Of a stretch of 64,000 bases of DNA, positions 10,387 to 21,097 are shown one piece after another. Both the position numbers and the translations under genes were made by a program. Origin of the DNA: Macrostomum hystrix (taxonomy: Eukaryota; Animalia; Platyhelminthes); contig CATNEN010000038.1 of the NCBI GenBank assembly GCA_950097015.1, positions 33,108,001-33,172,000 on the forward strand, in the 5' to 3' direction. The notes beneath the pieces are model-generated. The model was not told the DNA's origin. It was given only the letters and a program-made list of their open reading frames with translations, and searched no databases. Each line of letters opens with the position of its first letter. The first letter of the stretch is position 1.

Positions 10387-13300
10387 ATGAGCGACGATGA
10401 AGAACAGAAGAAACCGCCAGAGCTCGACGTGTCATCGCTGAACGCTCTTAGGCGACAAAAGGCAAAGTGCAAGTCTGCACTCACCAAGAGCCGCAGTAGG
10501 CTCTCGTGGTTGCTCATCACAGACGAAAAGGAGGCCATTCAGAGAGAATGCGAGACCGTCACCAAAGCGTACGAGGAGGCGGCAGAAGTTCTCCAGCAGC
10601 TTTGCGATGAGCTAGAACAGCAACCGGATCCAGGGGCACAGAAAAAGCTGCTCGACGAGATCGACACAATCGAGGACGACTATATAACAGCTATGCAGGC
10701 GGTTCAGCGGTACCTCATGGCCCGCACAGCACCGCGAACAACATCGACTACAGCTACGGCGGCACCTGAGGAGCCAGCAGAGCCAGCAGCGGCTCAGCCA
10801 CTGTGTGGAGCCAGCCGAGGCCAGCGATTCGGATTCAGCGAGGCGGCGCCGGAGCTCTTGCAAAGTCAACAGCAGAAAAATCCGTACAGAGGATGGAGTG
10901 GTGAGTTTGGCTACCTGTCTTCAAACCAGCGAAGGGGTTTCGAGAAGGAGGACGATGATCTAGCCAGCGCTTCTGGTGACTGCTGTGAGCCTAGAGTGGG
11001 CAATTCTTCAGAGCAGCAACTATCGAAGGATCTCTGGAAGATGCTCCGTAGAGTGGAGATTCCTTCCTTTTATGGCGACAAGCAGCAGTATGAAGCGTGG
11101 AAGGCAGCCTTTATGGCCTGCGTTGATAGGGCGCCTGCAACTCCGGAATTCAAGTTGCTTCAGCTGCGCCAGTATCTGAAGGGAGCAGCGCTGAAAGTGA
11201 TCGAGCACCTGGGTCACTCGGCAGCGGCGTATGAGGCGGCGAAGGAGAGGCTGGAGCGAGAGTATGGTGGCAAGAGGAGGCAGTTGGCTCTTAATTTAGA
11301 AGAATTAGACAGTTCTCCACCTGTGAAGCAGAATAGTGCAGAGGAGTTGAAGAAGTTTGCGAATCTCTTAGACGTTGCTGTTATTAATCTAGAAGAAGCT
11401 GGCAAGAACACCGAACTCAGCGATGGCCTACTGTATGCTAGATTGCAGAAAAAGCTCCCAGAGCCGATGGTCGCAGCGTTTCGCCGTTGGCTATTCGAGA
11501 AAGAGAAAGCAGAGGGTGTAAGGACACTTCGAGAATGGGTGCTGCGTGAGTCCGAGTTCCGGACTCAGGCAGCAGAGATTGTGCACGGAGTAGCCACTTC
11601 CAACCAGGAGCAACCAAAGAAAGAAGGGAAGCAGAAGACTTTCCACGTGATGCATCAAAGCAAAAGCTCAGGCGAGAGGTACTCTTGTGTTGTTTGCAAG
11701 GAGCCGCACGAACTGTGGAAGTGTCCAGTGTTTGCAAAGCTGTCGTCCGAAAATCGATGGAAAGCTGCTCAGGAAGCCAGGGCTTGTTTCCGGTGTCTAG
11801 GACATGGCCACAGTGCTATGAACTGTCGACGAGGTCGCAAGTGTGGCATTGACGGTTGCAGCAAAACACACCATCGTTTGCTGCATTCAACAGCAAGATC
11901 AGAGGCAAAAGAAAAGCCCGAGGCAGCTTCAGCGGCAAAGCAGCAAGCTGAGAAATACCAGCCAAAAGCAGAAACTGTGACTATGGTGTCCAGGGAGGCT
12001 AGTGCAGTGTCGCTGCGAACAGTGCCAGTCATTCTTAAGTCGAATAGACGTGCGGTGAAGGTCAACGCCTTGCTGGATGACGCCAGCACGAAGACGTACT
12101 TGAATGCAGAGATCGCCGCAGAGCTGGGATTGCAAGGCAAGCAGGAATCAGTTCAGGTGAATGTGCTGAATGGACAAGTAAAGACTTTTATGACAGCGCC
12201 AGTAACATGCACGTTGGAGAGTGTGGATGGACAGATCAGTAAGCAGATCACGGCTTTCACGACGGACAGTGTCACCGGAAGCATGGAAGTCGTAGACTGG
12301 CAGAAATTGGCGTCGAAGTGGCCGCACTTGGCTAGCATTCCGTTCGAGAAGATGCAGACACCGCCGATTGTTGATCTGCTGATCGGTGTCGACTATGCCG
12401 ACTTGCATTCATCCCGCCTGGAAATTTGTGGTAAGCCTGGAGATCCGCAAGCCCGACTAACGCCTTTGGGTTGGACGTGCATCGGCAAGGTTGATGAAGT
12501 ATCGGAGCGTTCATTGTTCGCAAATACGTTCTTCAGTGGAAGTAGGATTGAGAACCTGGAGCCATTGTTACGTCAATTCTGGGAGGTGGAGGAGGTTCAA
12601 CGAATGGAATCAGCTGTAGTCACAGAGGAAGAGCAGTTTGCGTTGGAGCGTACTAGGTCGTCACTAAAGTTCATCAACGGGCGCTACCAAGTTGGTGTTC
12701 CATGGAGAGCGGACGTGAAGATCCAGACCAACAACTTCGAGATGGCCATCAAGCGGCTAGGCAACACCGAGAAGCGGCTCTTGAAGGACCTGGAAGTAGC
12801 AAAGCAGTACCAGGATGTAATCGATCGCTATGAGAAAATTGGCTACATCAGGAGGGTGCTTCAAAATGAACAAGAGCCTGCGAACCGATACTACCTTCCG
12901 CATTTTCCAGTAGTACGGATGGACAAAGCAACGACAAAAGTTCGCATCGTCTTCGATGCTTCTGCGGGAGGCGAACAGTCTTTGAACAGCCTGATGCTGG
13001 CAGGGCCGAAGCTTCAGCAAGATCTGGTTGGCGTTCTGCTGCGCTTCAGAAGACATCCAGTAGCAGTTGCTTGCGACATTTCTGAAATGTACCTGCAAAT
13101 TGAGATCGCACCAGAAGATCGAGCAGCGCACAGTTTTCTTTGGCGGGACATAGATCCGATGAAGGCAACGCAGACATTCGAGTTCAACAGAGTCGTTTTT
13201 GGAGCAACGAGCTCACCATTTCTGGCGCAATTTGTGACACAAGAGCACGCGAAGAAGTTGAAGCATGAGTTTCCTGCTGCAGCAGAAACGGTACTCCAGT

Positions 13301-15891
13301 CGACTTATATGGATGACTGTCTGGATTCTAAGAAAACTGACGCAGAGGCCATTCAGTTGTACCAGGAGCTCAGTCAATTGTGGGAGCGAGCTGGCATGCA
13401 TGCCCGAAAGTGGATCTCTAACTCAAGAGAATTGCTTGCGCGTGTCGCACCGGAGGATAGGGTCGCGGAGGTGAACCTGGATGGACAACCGTTGCCGGTT
13501 TCGAAGACGCTTGGAGTCGTCTGGAAAGGTGAAAACGATGAGTTCACCTTTGCTGCTGATAGCAAGTCGAGTCCAGTCAAGTCGAAGAGGGAGCTACTCA
13601 AGAGATTAGCGTCAGTTTACGATCCTCTCGGCCTCATTGCACCATTCACGGCACAGGCAAAAATTCTCCTTCAGGAGCTGTGGTGCAGCGGGCTTGACTG
13701 GGATGAAGCGCCGGATGAAGTCCTACAAAAGAGAATCCAAGCATGGTGCGACGACTTGGCGACTTTGAACTGCTTTCGAGTTAACCGTTGTCTGCAGCTC
13801 TCTAGTGTGCCTACTCAGTCTCAGCTACACTGTTTCGTTGACGCTTCTGAAAAGGCCTACGGAGCGGTGTGCTATCTAAGATGCAAGTATGCCGACTTCT
13901 CAACATCCGTTCGTCTCATCGCGGCGAAGTCTCGAGTTGCACCCGTAGCAACCATGAGCATCCCGAGGCTGGAGCTAATGGCAGCAGTCATTGGGCTTCA
14001 TCTTACGGTCAAGATTGCCAAGGCGCTGGAGATCAACATCAAGGACGCAGTTTTCTGGTCCGACAGCATGAATGTCCTGTACTGGATTCGTGGCAGAGGC
14101 CGTTTCTTCAAGTCGTTCGTTGCGAATCGCGTCGGTGAAATCCAGCAGGCAACTGATCCGATTCAGTGGCGATACGTGCCGACAGCGTGCAATCCTGCGG
14201 ATCTGCTGTCACGAGGAGCCAAAATCAGTCAGCTGACCGAGGAGCAGACATGGAAGAGCGGTCCGGAGTTTCTGCATCAAGAGCAGTGCGCATGGCCAAG
14301 CACCGTGCTAGAGCGACCAGAGGGCCTAGAAATGCGTAATTCTAAGAAGAATTCAGTCGCGGCCGAGGTGGTCCTGAGTGCGAATCTTGTCAGCTGCGAG
14401 CAACGCAGAACAATAGAGCGGCTTGACCCGAGTAGGTTCTCAAGTTGGCTGCGCTTCTTGCGGTTGAATGCTTGGATCAGTCGGTTCGTCAACAACTGCC
14501 GTTTCGAACCACAGCACCGAACTCGAGGAGAGCTACAACCGGCAGAGCTGGAGGATGCTGAGCTAAGAATCATCAAGGAAGCTCAGCAAGATGCATTTAG
14601 TACGGAGCTTTCCGCTTTGAAGAAGAACAAGAGCATTGTTGAGAGCAGCAAGCTGGCCGGCATGCATCCGAAAATCGATCCGAATGGCGTGATCCGCTCG
14701 GAGAGCCGACTGCAGCGAGCCGAAGCACTGCCCTTTAGCACCCGATCGCCGATTATTTTGCCAAAGCACCATCCGGTGACAGAGCTGATCATCAAACACC
14801 ACCACGAAAGAGCGTACCATGGCGGCACCAATCAAGTACTCGCACCATTGACCGCGCGATTTTGGATTCCAGCAGGCCGTGAAGCCATTCGAGATTGGGA
14901 AGCTAAGTGTTCGGAGTGCAAGAGAAGAAGAGCAAAACCAGCTTCGCAGTTAATGGCGCCATTGCCTCCAGATCGGCTAGAACCACTAAGAGCGTTCACG
15001 AAGGTGTCAGTGGATTTCGGCGGACCATTCCTGACGAAGCAGGGTCGAGGACGTGTTCGGCAGAAGCGTTACTTGACGCTCTTCATGTGCATGGCAACGC
15101 GTGCAGTCCACTTGGAGATGGCGTACGGCCTTGATACGAGTAGTTTCCTTAATGCTCTATTTAGAATGATCAGCCGCCGAGGTCAGATTCAAGAAATATT
15201 TTCAGACAATGGAACAAATTTCGTAGGAGCCGACAAAGAATTGAAAGCGCTGTGGAAGTCGGTGGACAAGAACGAATTGCAGCTGCGCACATGCCCCATG
15301 CCGATCAAGTGGCATTTTAATCCACCTGCAGCTCCGCACTTCGGCGGTGTCCACGAGTCCATGATTAAGTCGGCAAAGAAAGCGATCAGTGCGATCCTGA
15401 CAACAGCAGAAGTCAGCGATGAGGAGCTGGTGACAGCGTTTACGGGAGCTGAGGCGCTGTTGAACTCGCGGCCGTTGACATACCAGTCATCGCATCCGGG
15501 CGACGATCCTGTCCTGACGCCGGCGCATTTTCTGTACGGACACGTCGGCGGGCAGCTGGCACCGGAGATCGCAGCTGATGAGGCGTTCAATCCTACCAAG
15601 CGGTGGCGTTACGTGCAGCAGCTGGTGAAGGCGTTCTGGCGTCGGTGGTTGCGAGAGTGGCTACCCGGACTCGGAGCTAGGAGCAAGTGGCGGCGAGTGC
15701 AGCCCGACCTGAAGCCTGGCGATGTCGTGCTGTACGTCTGCCCTGACAGCCCGCGGGGACACTGGCCGCTGGCTCGAGTTCTGGAGGTGTACCCGGGCAG
15801 CGACGGCCACGTGCGAGTAGCGAAGGTGCAAGTGGCGGATAGGATGCTGATCAGGCCTATCAACAAGCTGTGCCCATTGATAACTTATTGA
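10387..15891 (+). CDS. BEL/Pao gag-pol polyprotein (1834 aa): gag zinc knuckles, protease, RT, RNase H, integrase
   Basis: Three Cys/His knuckles, ALLDDAS, YLPHFPV/RIVFDAS, YMDD, FVDASEKAYG/SIPRLEL, HHCC, VDFGGP..SDNGTNF..GGVHES; uninterrupted ORF. Confidence 0.96.
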   Translation: MSDDEEQKKPPELDVSSLNALRRQKAKCKSALTKSRSRLSWLLITDEKEAIQRECETVTKAYEEAAEVLQQLCDELEQQPDPGAQKKLLDEIDTIEDDYITAMQAVQRYLMARTAPRTTSTTATAAPEEPAEPAAAQPLCGASRGQRFGFSEAAPELLQSQQQKNPYRGWSGEFGYLSSNQRRGFEKEDDDLASASGDCCEPRVGNSSEQQLSKDLWKMLRRVEIPSFYGDKQQYEAWKAAFMACVDRAPATPEFKLLQLRQYLKGAALKVIEHLGHSAAAYEAAKERLEREYGGKRRQLALNLEELDSSPPVKQNSAEELKKFANLLDVAVINLEEAGKNTELSDGLLYARLQKKLPEPMVAAFRRWLFEKEKAEGVRTLREWVLRESEFRTQAAEIVHGVATSNQEQPKKEGKQKTFHVMHQSKSSGERYSCVVCKEPHELWKCPVFAKLSSENRWKAAQEARACFRCLGHGHSAMNCRRGRKCGIDGCSKTHHRLLHSTARSEAKEKPEAASAAKQQAEKYQPKAETVTMVSREASAVSLRTVPVILKSNRRAVKVNALLDDASTKTYLNAEIAAELGLQGKQESVQVNVLNGQVKTFMTAPVTCTLESVDGQISKQITAFTTDSVTGSMEVVDWQKLASKWPHLASIPFEKMQTPPIVDLLIGVDYADLHSSRLEICGKPGDPQARLTPLGWTCIGKVDEVSERSLFANTFFSGSRIENLEPLLRQFWEVEEVQRMESAVVTEEEQFALERTRSSLKFINGRYQVGVPWRADVKIQTNNFEMAIKRLGNTEKRLLKDLEVAKQYQDVIDRYEKIGYIRRVLQNEQEPANRYYLPHFPVVRMDKATTKVRIVFDASAGGEQSLNSLMLAGPKLQQDLVGVLLRFRRHPVAVACDISEMYLQIEIAPEDRAAHSFLWRDIDPMKATQTFEFNRVVFGATSSPFLAQFVTQEHAKKLKHEFPAAAETVLQSTYMDDCLDSKKTDAEAIQLYQELSQLWERAGMHARKWISNSRELLARVAPEDRVAEVNLDGQPLPVSKTLGVVWKGENDEFTFAADSKSSPVKSKRELLKRLASVYDPLGLIAPFTAQAKILLQELWCSGLDWDEAPDEVLQKRIQAWCDDLATLNCFRVNRCLQLSSVPTQSQLHCFVDASEKAYGAVCYLRCKYADFSTSVRLIAAKSRVAPVATMSIPRLELMAAVIGLHLTVKIAKALEINIKDAVFWSDSMNVLYWIRGRGRFFKSFVANRVGEIQQATDPIQWRYVPTACNPADLLSRGAKISQLTEEQTWKSGPEFLHQEQCAWPSTVLERPEGLEMRNSKKNSVAAEVVLSANLVSCEQRRTIERLDPSRFSSWLRFLRLNAWISRFVNNCRFEPQHRTRGELQPAELEDAELRIIKEAQQDAFSTELSALKKNKSIVESSKLAGMHPKIDPNGVIRSESRLQRAEALPFSTRSPIILPKHHPVTELIIKHHHERAYHGGTNQVLAPLTARFWIPAGREAIRDWEAKCSECKRRRAKPASQLMAPLPPDRLEPLRAFTKVSVDFGGPFLTKQGRGRVRQKRYLTLFMCMATRAVHLEMAYGLDTSSFLNALFRMISRRGQIQEIFSDNGTNFVGADKELKALWKSVDKNELQLRTCPMPIKWHFNPPAAPHFGGVHESMIKSAKKAISAILTTAEVSDEELVTAFTGAEALLNSRPLTYQSSHPGDDPVLTPAHFLYGHVGGQLAPEIAADEAFNPTKRWRYVQQLVKAFWRRWLREWLPGLGARSKWRRVQPDLKPGDVVLYVCPDSPRGHWPLARVLEVYPGSDGHVRVAKVQVADRMLIRPINKLCPLITY

Positions 15892-17066
15892 ATTTAAGTG
15901 AACTAATGACTGATCAATTTATGGACTGCAAACTTTTCGAGAGTTTTGTGTTGAAGTTAAAGTTACTGTTTGACTTTGTGAGGTAGTGTTTTTTCGAGTG
16001 TTTATTGTGTTCAGGGTTTAATGTGTCGGCCCATTGAGACATCTGCGCGTCCACGGCGAATTGTTAACAGGTTGTCGGTTTAAAATTTTGCGTTTTTCAT
16101 TATCTTCGCCAAAGTTATATACGAAGTGTTTCAAGTGATTATGTTTCTACTCGTACTTTGCTAAATTAGTGAGAGTTCAGTTGCTTTCAATTTGCTTGCA
16201 ATTGTTAAAAAAATGAGTCATGCACTTTATTTGCTTAATTGCACTGTACTTTTCAGTAACAGTTTGGTGGCGGTGAATCTTTGTTTACAAATTTGCTCGT
16301 TTTCGCTTATTATTCATTTGCTTCAGTTTAATTAAATATTTGTCGTTTTCAATCAATGTAATTTAGCTTTCATTAAAAAATTTCTAACGTTTAGGCTATA
16401 TTTTGCTTCCACTGCAACTAAATTTTGACGTTCTATGTTGACGCTAACTAGATTTCCCGTTTGCGGTTTTTTGTTTAGCTAAAGTTAAATTGTCCAATCT
16501 AATTGTTCCGGTGCCGTTGCAACGTATTTAGTCATTAGTGTTCACTTGCAACGGGCCTTGCTACACCTATCTAGCTTCCACTGCGCACGTATCAATGATT
16601 CTTGTACTACAGTATTGAATGCAAGTCAGGTTTTGCCATAGACATGTCAAGGTGGGGAGTATGGTTTAAAGAGTATGTTTCAATATTATTATTTTCATTA
16701 TTTGTAATTTGTTGCACGCGTACTCAATTTCTACCCCCCATGCGCTGAGTCATTTTCTCTCTGGCGGCAACTCATTCTTGGACTTCAGCATGTACGTTTA
16801 TTTGCCCACCCCAATTAAATTGATTTAAATAGACTACTGGTCGTTAGCAGCGCTGAGAGTGACCGCGTCGTTATAGCCTATAGTTTCAAAGCTCAATTGA
16901 CGGCCTACTTAGTTTCTTTTCAATAGTTGAGAACTAGCTCACAAACACTGGTGTAACCCATAAATACAAATAGCAGTGCTCATGTGTGACAAGTCTATGA
17001 CATCATTTTTTCAGTATCGAAATTGTTATTTAAAATCATGGTTATTCTACTAGACGCAAGAGACAG

Positions 17067-19327
17067 TTAACTTTCTCGAACGACACAGGCAGGTGTGCAA
17101 TAGAAACTCGAAGGCACTGGAGTTCCGGGCTCAATGCCGATACACACGCAGTGGTACCAACGCAAGCATCCTTCGCACTCAATCCACGTGATGGTGCCGA
17201 TTGGCTTTGAACAGTCGTCAGCCGCACACGAGTCACTCGCTTCAAAGCCACTTCGGCGGCCGCGACCAAGACCTCGACCACGACTTCGGCCACGACCTCG
17301 ACCACGGAAACTGCCGCTACAAATGGAGCTTGATGACGGCTCTTGTGGCGGTCTAGGATTCCAATGTGCTGTGCAAGAGCTGGTCGCCGTCACATGAAAC
17401 ATTGACCACAGCTTGGCGTCGTGTCAGGGACAAGCAGGGTCTATTGTGTCGCACAGGCAGGCAAGCTGCCGATAGATTAGACCCTTCTCATTGCGGCAAA
17501 CGTGATGGGCCTTGGCGATTCCCAGCATCGGAGTCAGCTGCGTCAAAGAAAGAACAGTGCGGAACTCGTCTATCTGTGTCGGATCAATGAGGAAAAGCAG
17601 CACATTGATGGGTTTCCGTCCAGAAACAGCCGCCAGGACATCTTCCGGCTCCAACACGCTTCTACCGGTAGCCACCACCTCGTCACACCGCCGCTTAATA
17701 ACTGCTCCAACGCCGTCTGCTGCACTTTTTCCATGTCCGGCTTCTGTGTACAGCCATTGCCACTTGTCAATTCCACGCTTTCGCAGCAGCCGATCGATGA
17801 TGAAAACCGAAAATCGATTGCGATACTGACTGCTTGGGGAGTCTGAAATGACAGTGACTCTTTCTAGGCAACCTGGTGTCAACGTTTCGAAGTGGTTGAG
17901 TACAGGCTGCAAATGAGCGGCGACGGCCTCAGCTGTCTTTCTCCTATCTGCAGAGAGTGTCGCAAAGCAGCGTGGTGCCTGGTTGTACATGTACGCGACT
18001 CCTTGGTGGATGGTCACCTCCTTATGGGATCCGAAGTGCGCCCCCTGTGAGATGTGCATTTTAGAATATTTAAATTAGCATTTTCAATGCTATTAATTAT
18101 TCGTCTAGACTTGCCATCCAATGCATCTGCCTCAAAGCATTACCTCCTTATGCCTCCAACATAATTGTAGACGCTGACCACAGGATTAAAGCGACCCTAT
18201 CAATATCTACAATTCGCCACACGACCATGACGCTAAGCATTGAAATATTTCTCATTCACACCTGTATAACATGATTGCCCGCAGTGTTTGGCACCAGTCC
18301 GTTAATAAGCGGTAATGAGCGTTAATGAGCGTTAATAACTTAAACGAAACACCGTCATTCATTTCTATAAATAACGGAATATGTTTTTTGTGTTAGCGAA
18401 ATTCTCTGTGAATGAGCTTAGCCAGGGTTCCCATCTAAAGCCAATCAAAGACAGAGACTCGAAGCACATAATAATTTTTTTTCACCTGTACCTCCGAGCC
18501 GTGCTTGCCAAGGTAACTTTCAGAGAAATCGATGTGAATGACTAGATGTCCAGGTTCCAAATTCGATTTCACGTGCCTGATAGCTCGAAACTGGTGCCGA
18601 ATTCTCATGTTATGTTGACAGAAGTGCCAGAAGTCGTCTATAAACTTTGCAACAACGACAGCTCTCTCCTCCGTGACTCGCACTAATTCCATACCACAAA
18701 AGGCATCCGACTTCTGCAGCTTCCATGCGCGGTAGGTGATGCTCGGTCCTGTGGCACCAGCCTTGTTAATTGGCACTTTATCCCTGCACTTCACACACTT
18801 CTGCATTAGGCACTCTGAGTTATAGTCGGAGCACAGGACACGCTTCAACAACGATAACTTGTTCGCTGCCGGCACCAACTTCTTGGCCCAGAGAGCTTTC
18901 ACTAGAAGATCGAAGTTAGTGCACTCCATGCAGAGACACTGGTCACGATCAGAGAGCCGTGGACGCACAATGTGCCACGGGCGCCAGCGGTAGAAGGTCG
19001 CTCTGCTGACGTTGAGGTGCAGGTTCGGGTTCTCAGACAGAAACTTCGCGTATAGCCCTTGTATACTATCCAGCAAGTAGCGTTTCTGCTTCCTCTGCTT
19101 CCGCATTGTGCACGTGTCCTTTTTAGATGCCGACGCTCGTGAGTTGTCATCGCGGCAGTAGAAGGCAGTTACAGTGCCGATTAGCGACGGCAGTCTCTTG
19201 CGTGCTCTATGTCGGTGCTGGTGCTTTTTCCTGTGCAGCGAAGCCTTCGCAGCAGATGGGACGGATGCAGATGCACTAGCAAAGCCAACAGTGCCAGAAG
19301 TAACAGCAGCCCGCTGTGATGTGCGTC
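17067..19327 (-). pseudogene. 5'-truncated Sola-like (probably Sola2) DDD transposase with C-terminal RG tract and PHD finger; intron 18045-18485; premature TGA at 17424-17426
   Basis: FYCRDDNSR..KQKRYLL, IHIDFSESY, SDSPSSQYRN, HGKSAADGVG. GT-AG intron joins SEVQ|GAHFG in frame. WIECEGCLRWYHCVC is in frame after the stop. Family name recalled from motifs. Confidence 0.7.
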
Positions 19328-20744
19328 GTCCTATATAGATGACATCATCACCTATTCAAAAAGATTTGAAGAACATCTACAGCATTTAGCCGAAGTTTTC
19401 AAAAGAATCATTTCTGCCGGGCTTAAACTAAGGCCCAAGAAATGTTTTCTGTTTCAGCAAGAATTGCAGTATTTAGGTCATGTCATCGGAAAGTATGGAA
19501 TTAGAACTGACCCTGCTAAGATCGAAGCAATTGCATCATGGCCAACGCCGCGGGATGTGAAAGAACTGCGAAGCTTCTTAGGCCTGTGTAATTATTATTG
19601 TAGGTTCGTAAAAAATTATGCAGAGGCAGCGCATCCACTTTTCCAACTGACAAAGAAGAACATTCAGAACTTTAAAGAGAAATGGAACAGTAGTCATGAT
19701 GCGGCATTTCAGCTACTGAAGCAAAGAATGACTTCCACTGAAGTGCTCGCTTATCCGGAAATCACTGATAATGAAAATGTGAGGATGGTGCTAGACACTG
19801 ACGCCAGCGACGATAGAATCGGCGCTTGCCTGGGTCAGATCCAGGCGGATGGCGTAGAAAGGCCCATCGCTTATTTTAGCCGCGCGATGAAGGAGTCGGA
19901 GAAACGTTATCCGATTACCAAAAAAGAGTTGCTCGCCTTGGTCGATGGGATGAAGCATTTTCGCTTCTACCTGATTGGCAAGAAATTCTTAGCCAGAACG
20001 GACCACAAAGCAATTCTATGGCTTTTGAGACAGACGGAGGCACAGGGCATCCTAGGCAGATGGATAGAGAGGCTTAGTGAGTTCCAATTCGATATTGAGC
20101 ATCGAAGTGGAGCCAAGCACTCTAATGCTGATGGATTGTCCAGAAGGCCGTCAGAAGCAATCAAAACAGAAGAAGTAAATAGAATCTCAACCAGACAGTT
20201 GCCACGTGTCCAAGAGAAAGGATGCCAGACTGTAAGGAATGAGAAGAGAAAAAGAAAGACCAGGTCAAAACGAAAGTCTGCATTAACAAGCCAGCGCTTG
20301 TTTCAAGACAAACAAGGACCAAAACTGTTATTATATCGAATTAATGTCACTGCTGTTCCGAATTCAATGAGAATTATTGAAGAAATTGTGAAGAAAAATG
20401 GCGCTCCTAAAGCAAAGGCCAAGCCCGCAGAGCAAGGCATTAAGAGGAGGCAGCCAGAGCGCAAAAAGCCGCCAGACAAATCGCCGGACGTGTCAAATAG
20501 TGAGTTAAGCTCTGAAGAAAGAATTAGATGGTCTGCCCGTGGCAGGGAAAGTTTTGACCCGCACGAGGAAAATGAATCGCCAGAGAGCGATACCAGTGAA
20601 AGCTCGGAGGAAAATGAAGAAATCCCCGAGGACTTAGCAGCTCAATCTGCCTATAATCTCAGGCCACGCCTGACCCCACGCATCACGCAGACATGCGGTG
20701 ATCTCGTGTCAAAGCTTAAGCGTGCTCGCTTTCAAAAACAATAG
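19328..20744 (+). pseudogene. 5'-truncated pol (RT C-half, RNase H, tail) of first array unit
   Basis: Matches 25490-26906. Confidence 0.9.
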
Positions 20745-20993
20745 GCGAACGCCCACCACCCCAGGCCAGTAAGCCAATGGGTGATGATATTGCTCACATA
20801 TTCTCCGTGTATTATTGTGTAATCTGGCGATACCTATATCGCTAATATATCCTGCGTGTATCAAATTTGTATTGTTGTGTAATTCCTACGATAAGACTGC
20901 GTCACGAAAATATTTTAAATACTCTCCGCATATTATTTGGTATATTTTGTATACACCTCGATATCCTCATTGTAAACAAAATCTCGGCATCCT

Positions 20994-21030
20994 ATTGGTC
21001 AGGCACTCGCCCATTTTGTGACTATATAAA
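20994..21030 (+). promoter_or_regulatory. Putative internal promoter for ORF3 (inverted CCAAT 20994-20998, TATATAAA 21023-21030); repeated in every unit
   Basis: Motifs lie ~70-100 bp upstream of ATG 21098, which is in a good Kozak context (ATAATGG). Confidence 0.55.
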
Positions 21031-21097
21031 GGGCCACCTCGGAACAAGGGTTGCGCTAGCTAAGTGCTCTACTGAGACATACAGCCAACTCGCCATA

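Larger units (their letters stand above)
10017..16947 (+). mobile_element. Full-length BEL/Pao LTR retrotransposon
   Basis: 286-bp TG..CA LTRs at 10017-10302 and 16662-16947; 5-bp TSD CTGGT (10012-10016, 16948-16952); PBS; PPT AAGGTGGGGAG ~16649-16659; single polyprotein ORF. Confidence 0.96.

Noticed and set aside
20867-21097. Hydrophobic N-terminus of the 369-aa ORF as an Env signal peptide
   Set aside because: Starts at a non-ATG codon and overlaps the AT-rich TATA region; no TM or fusion motifs downstream.
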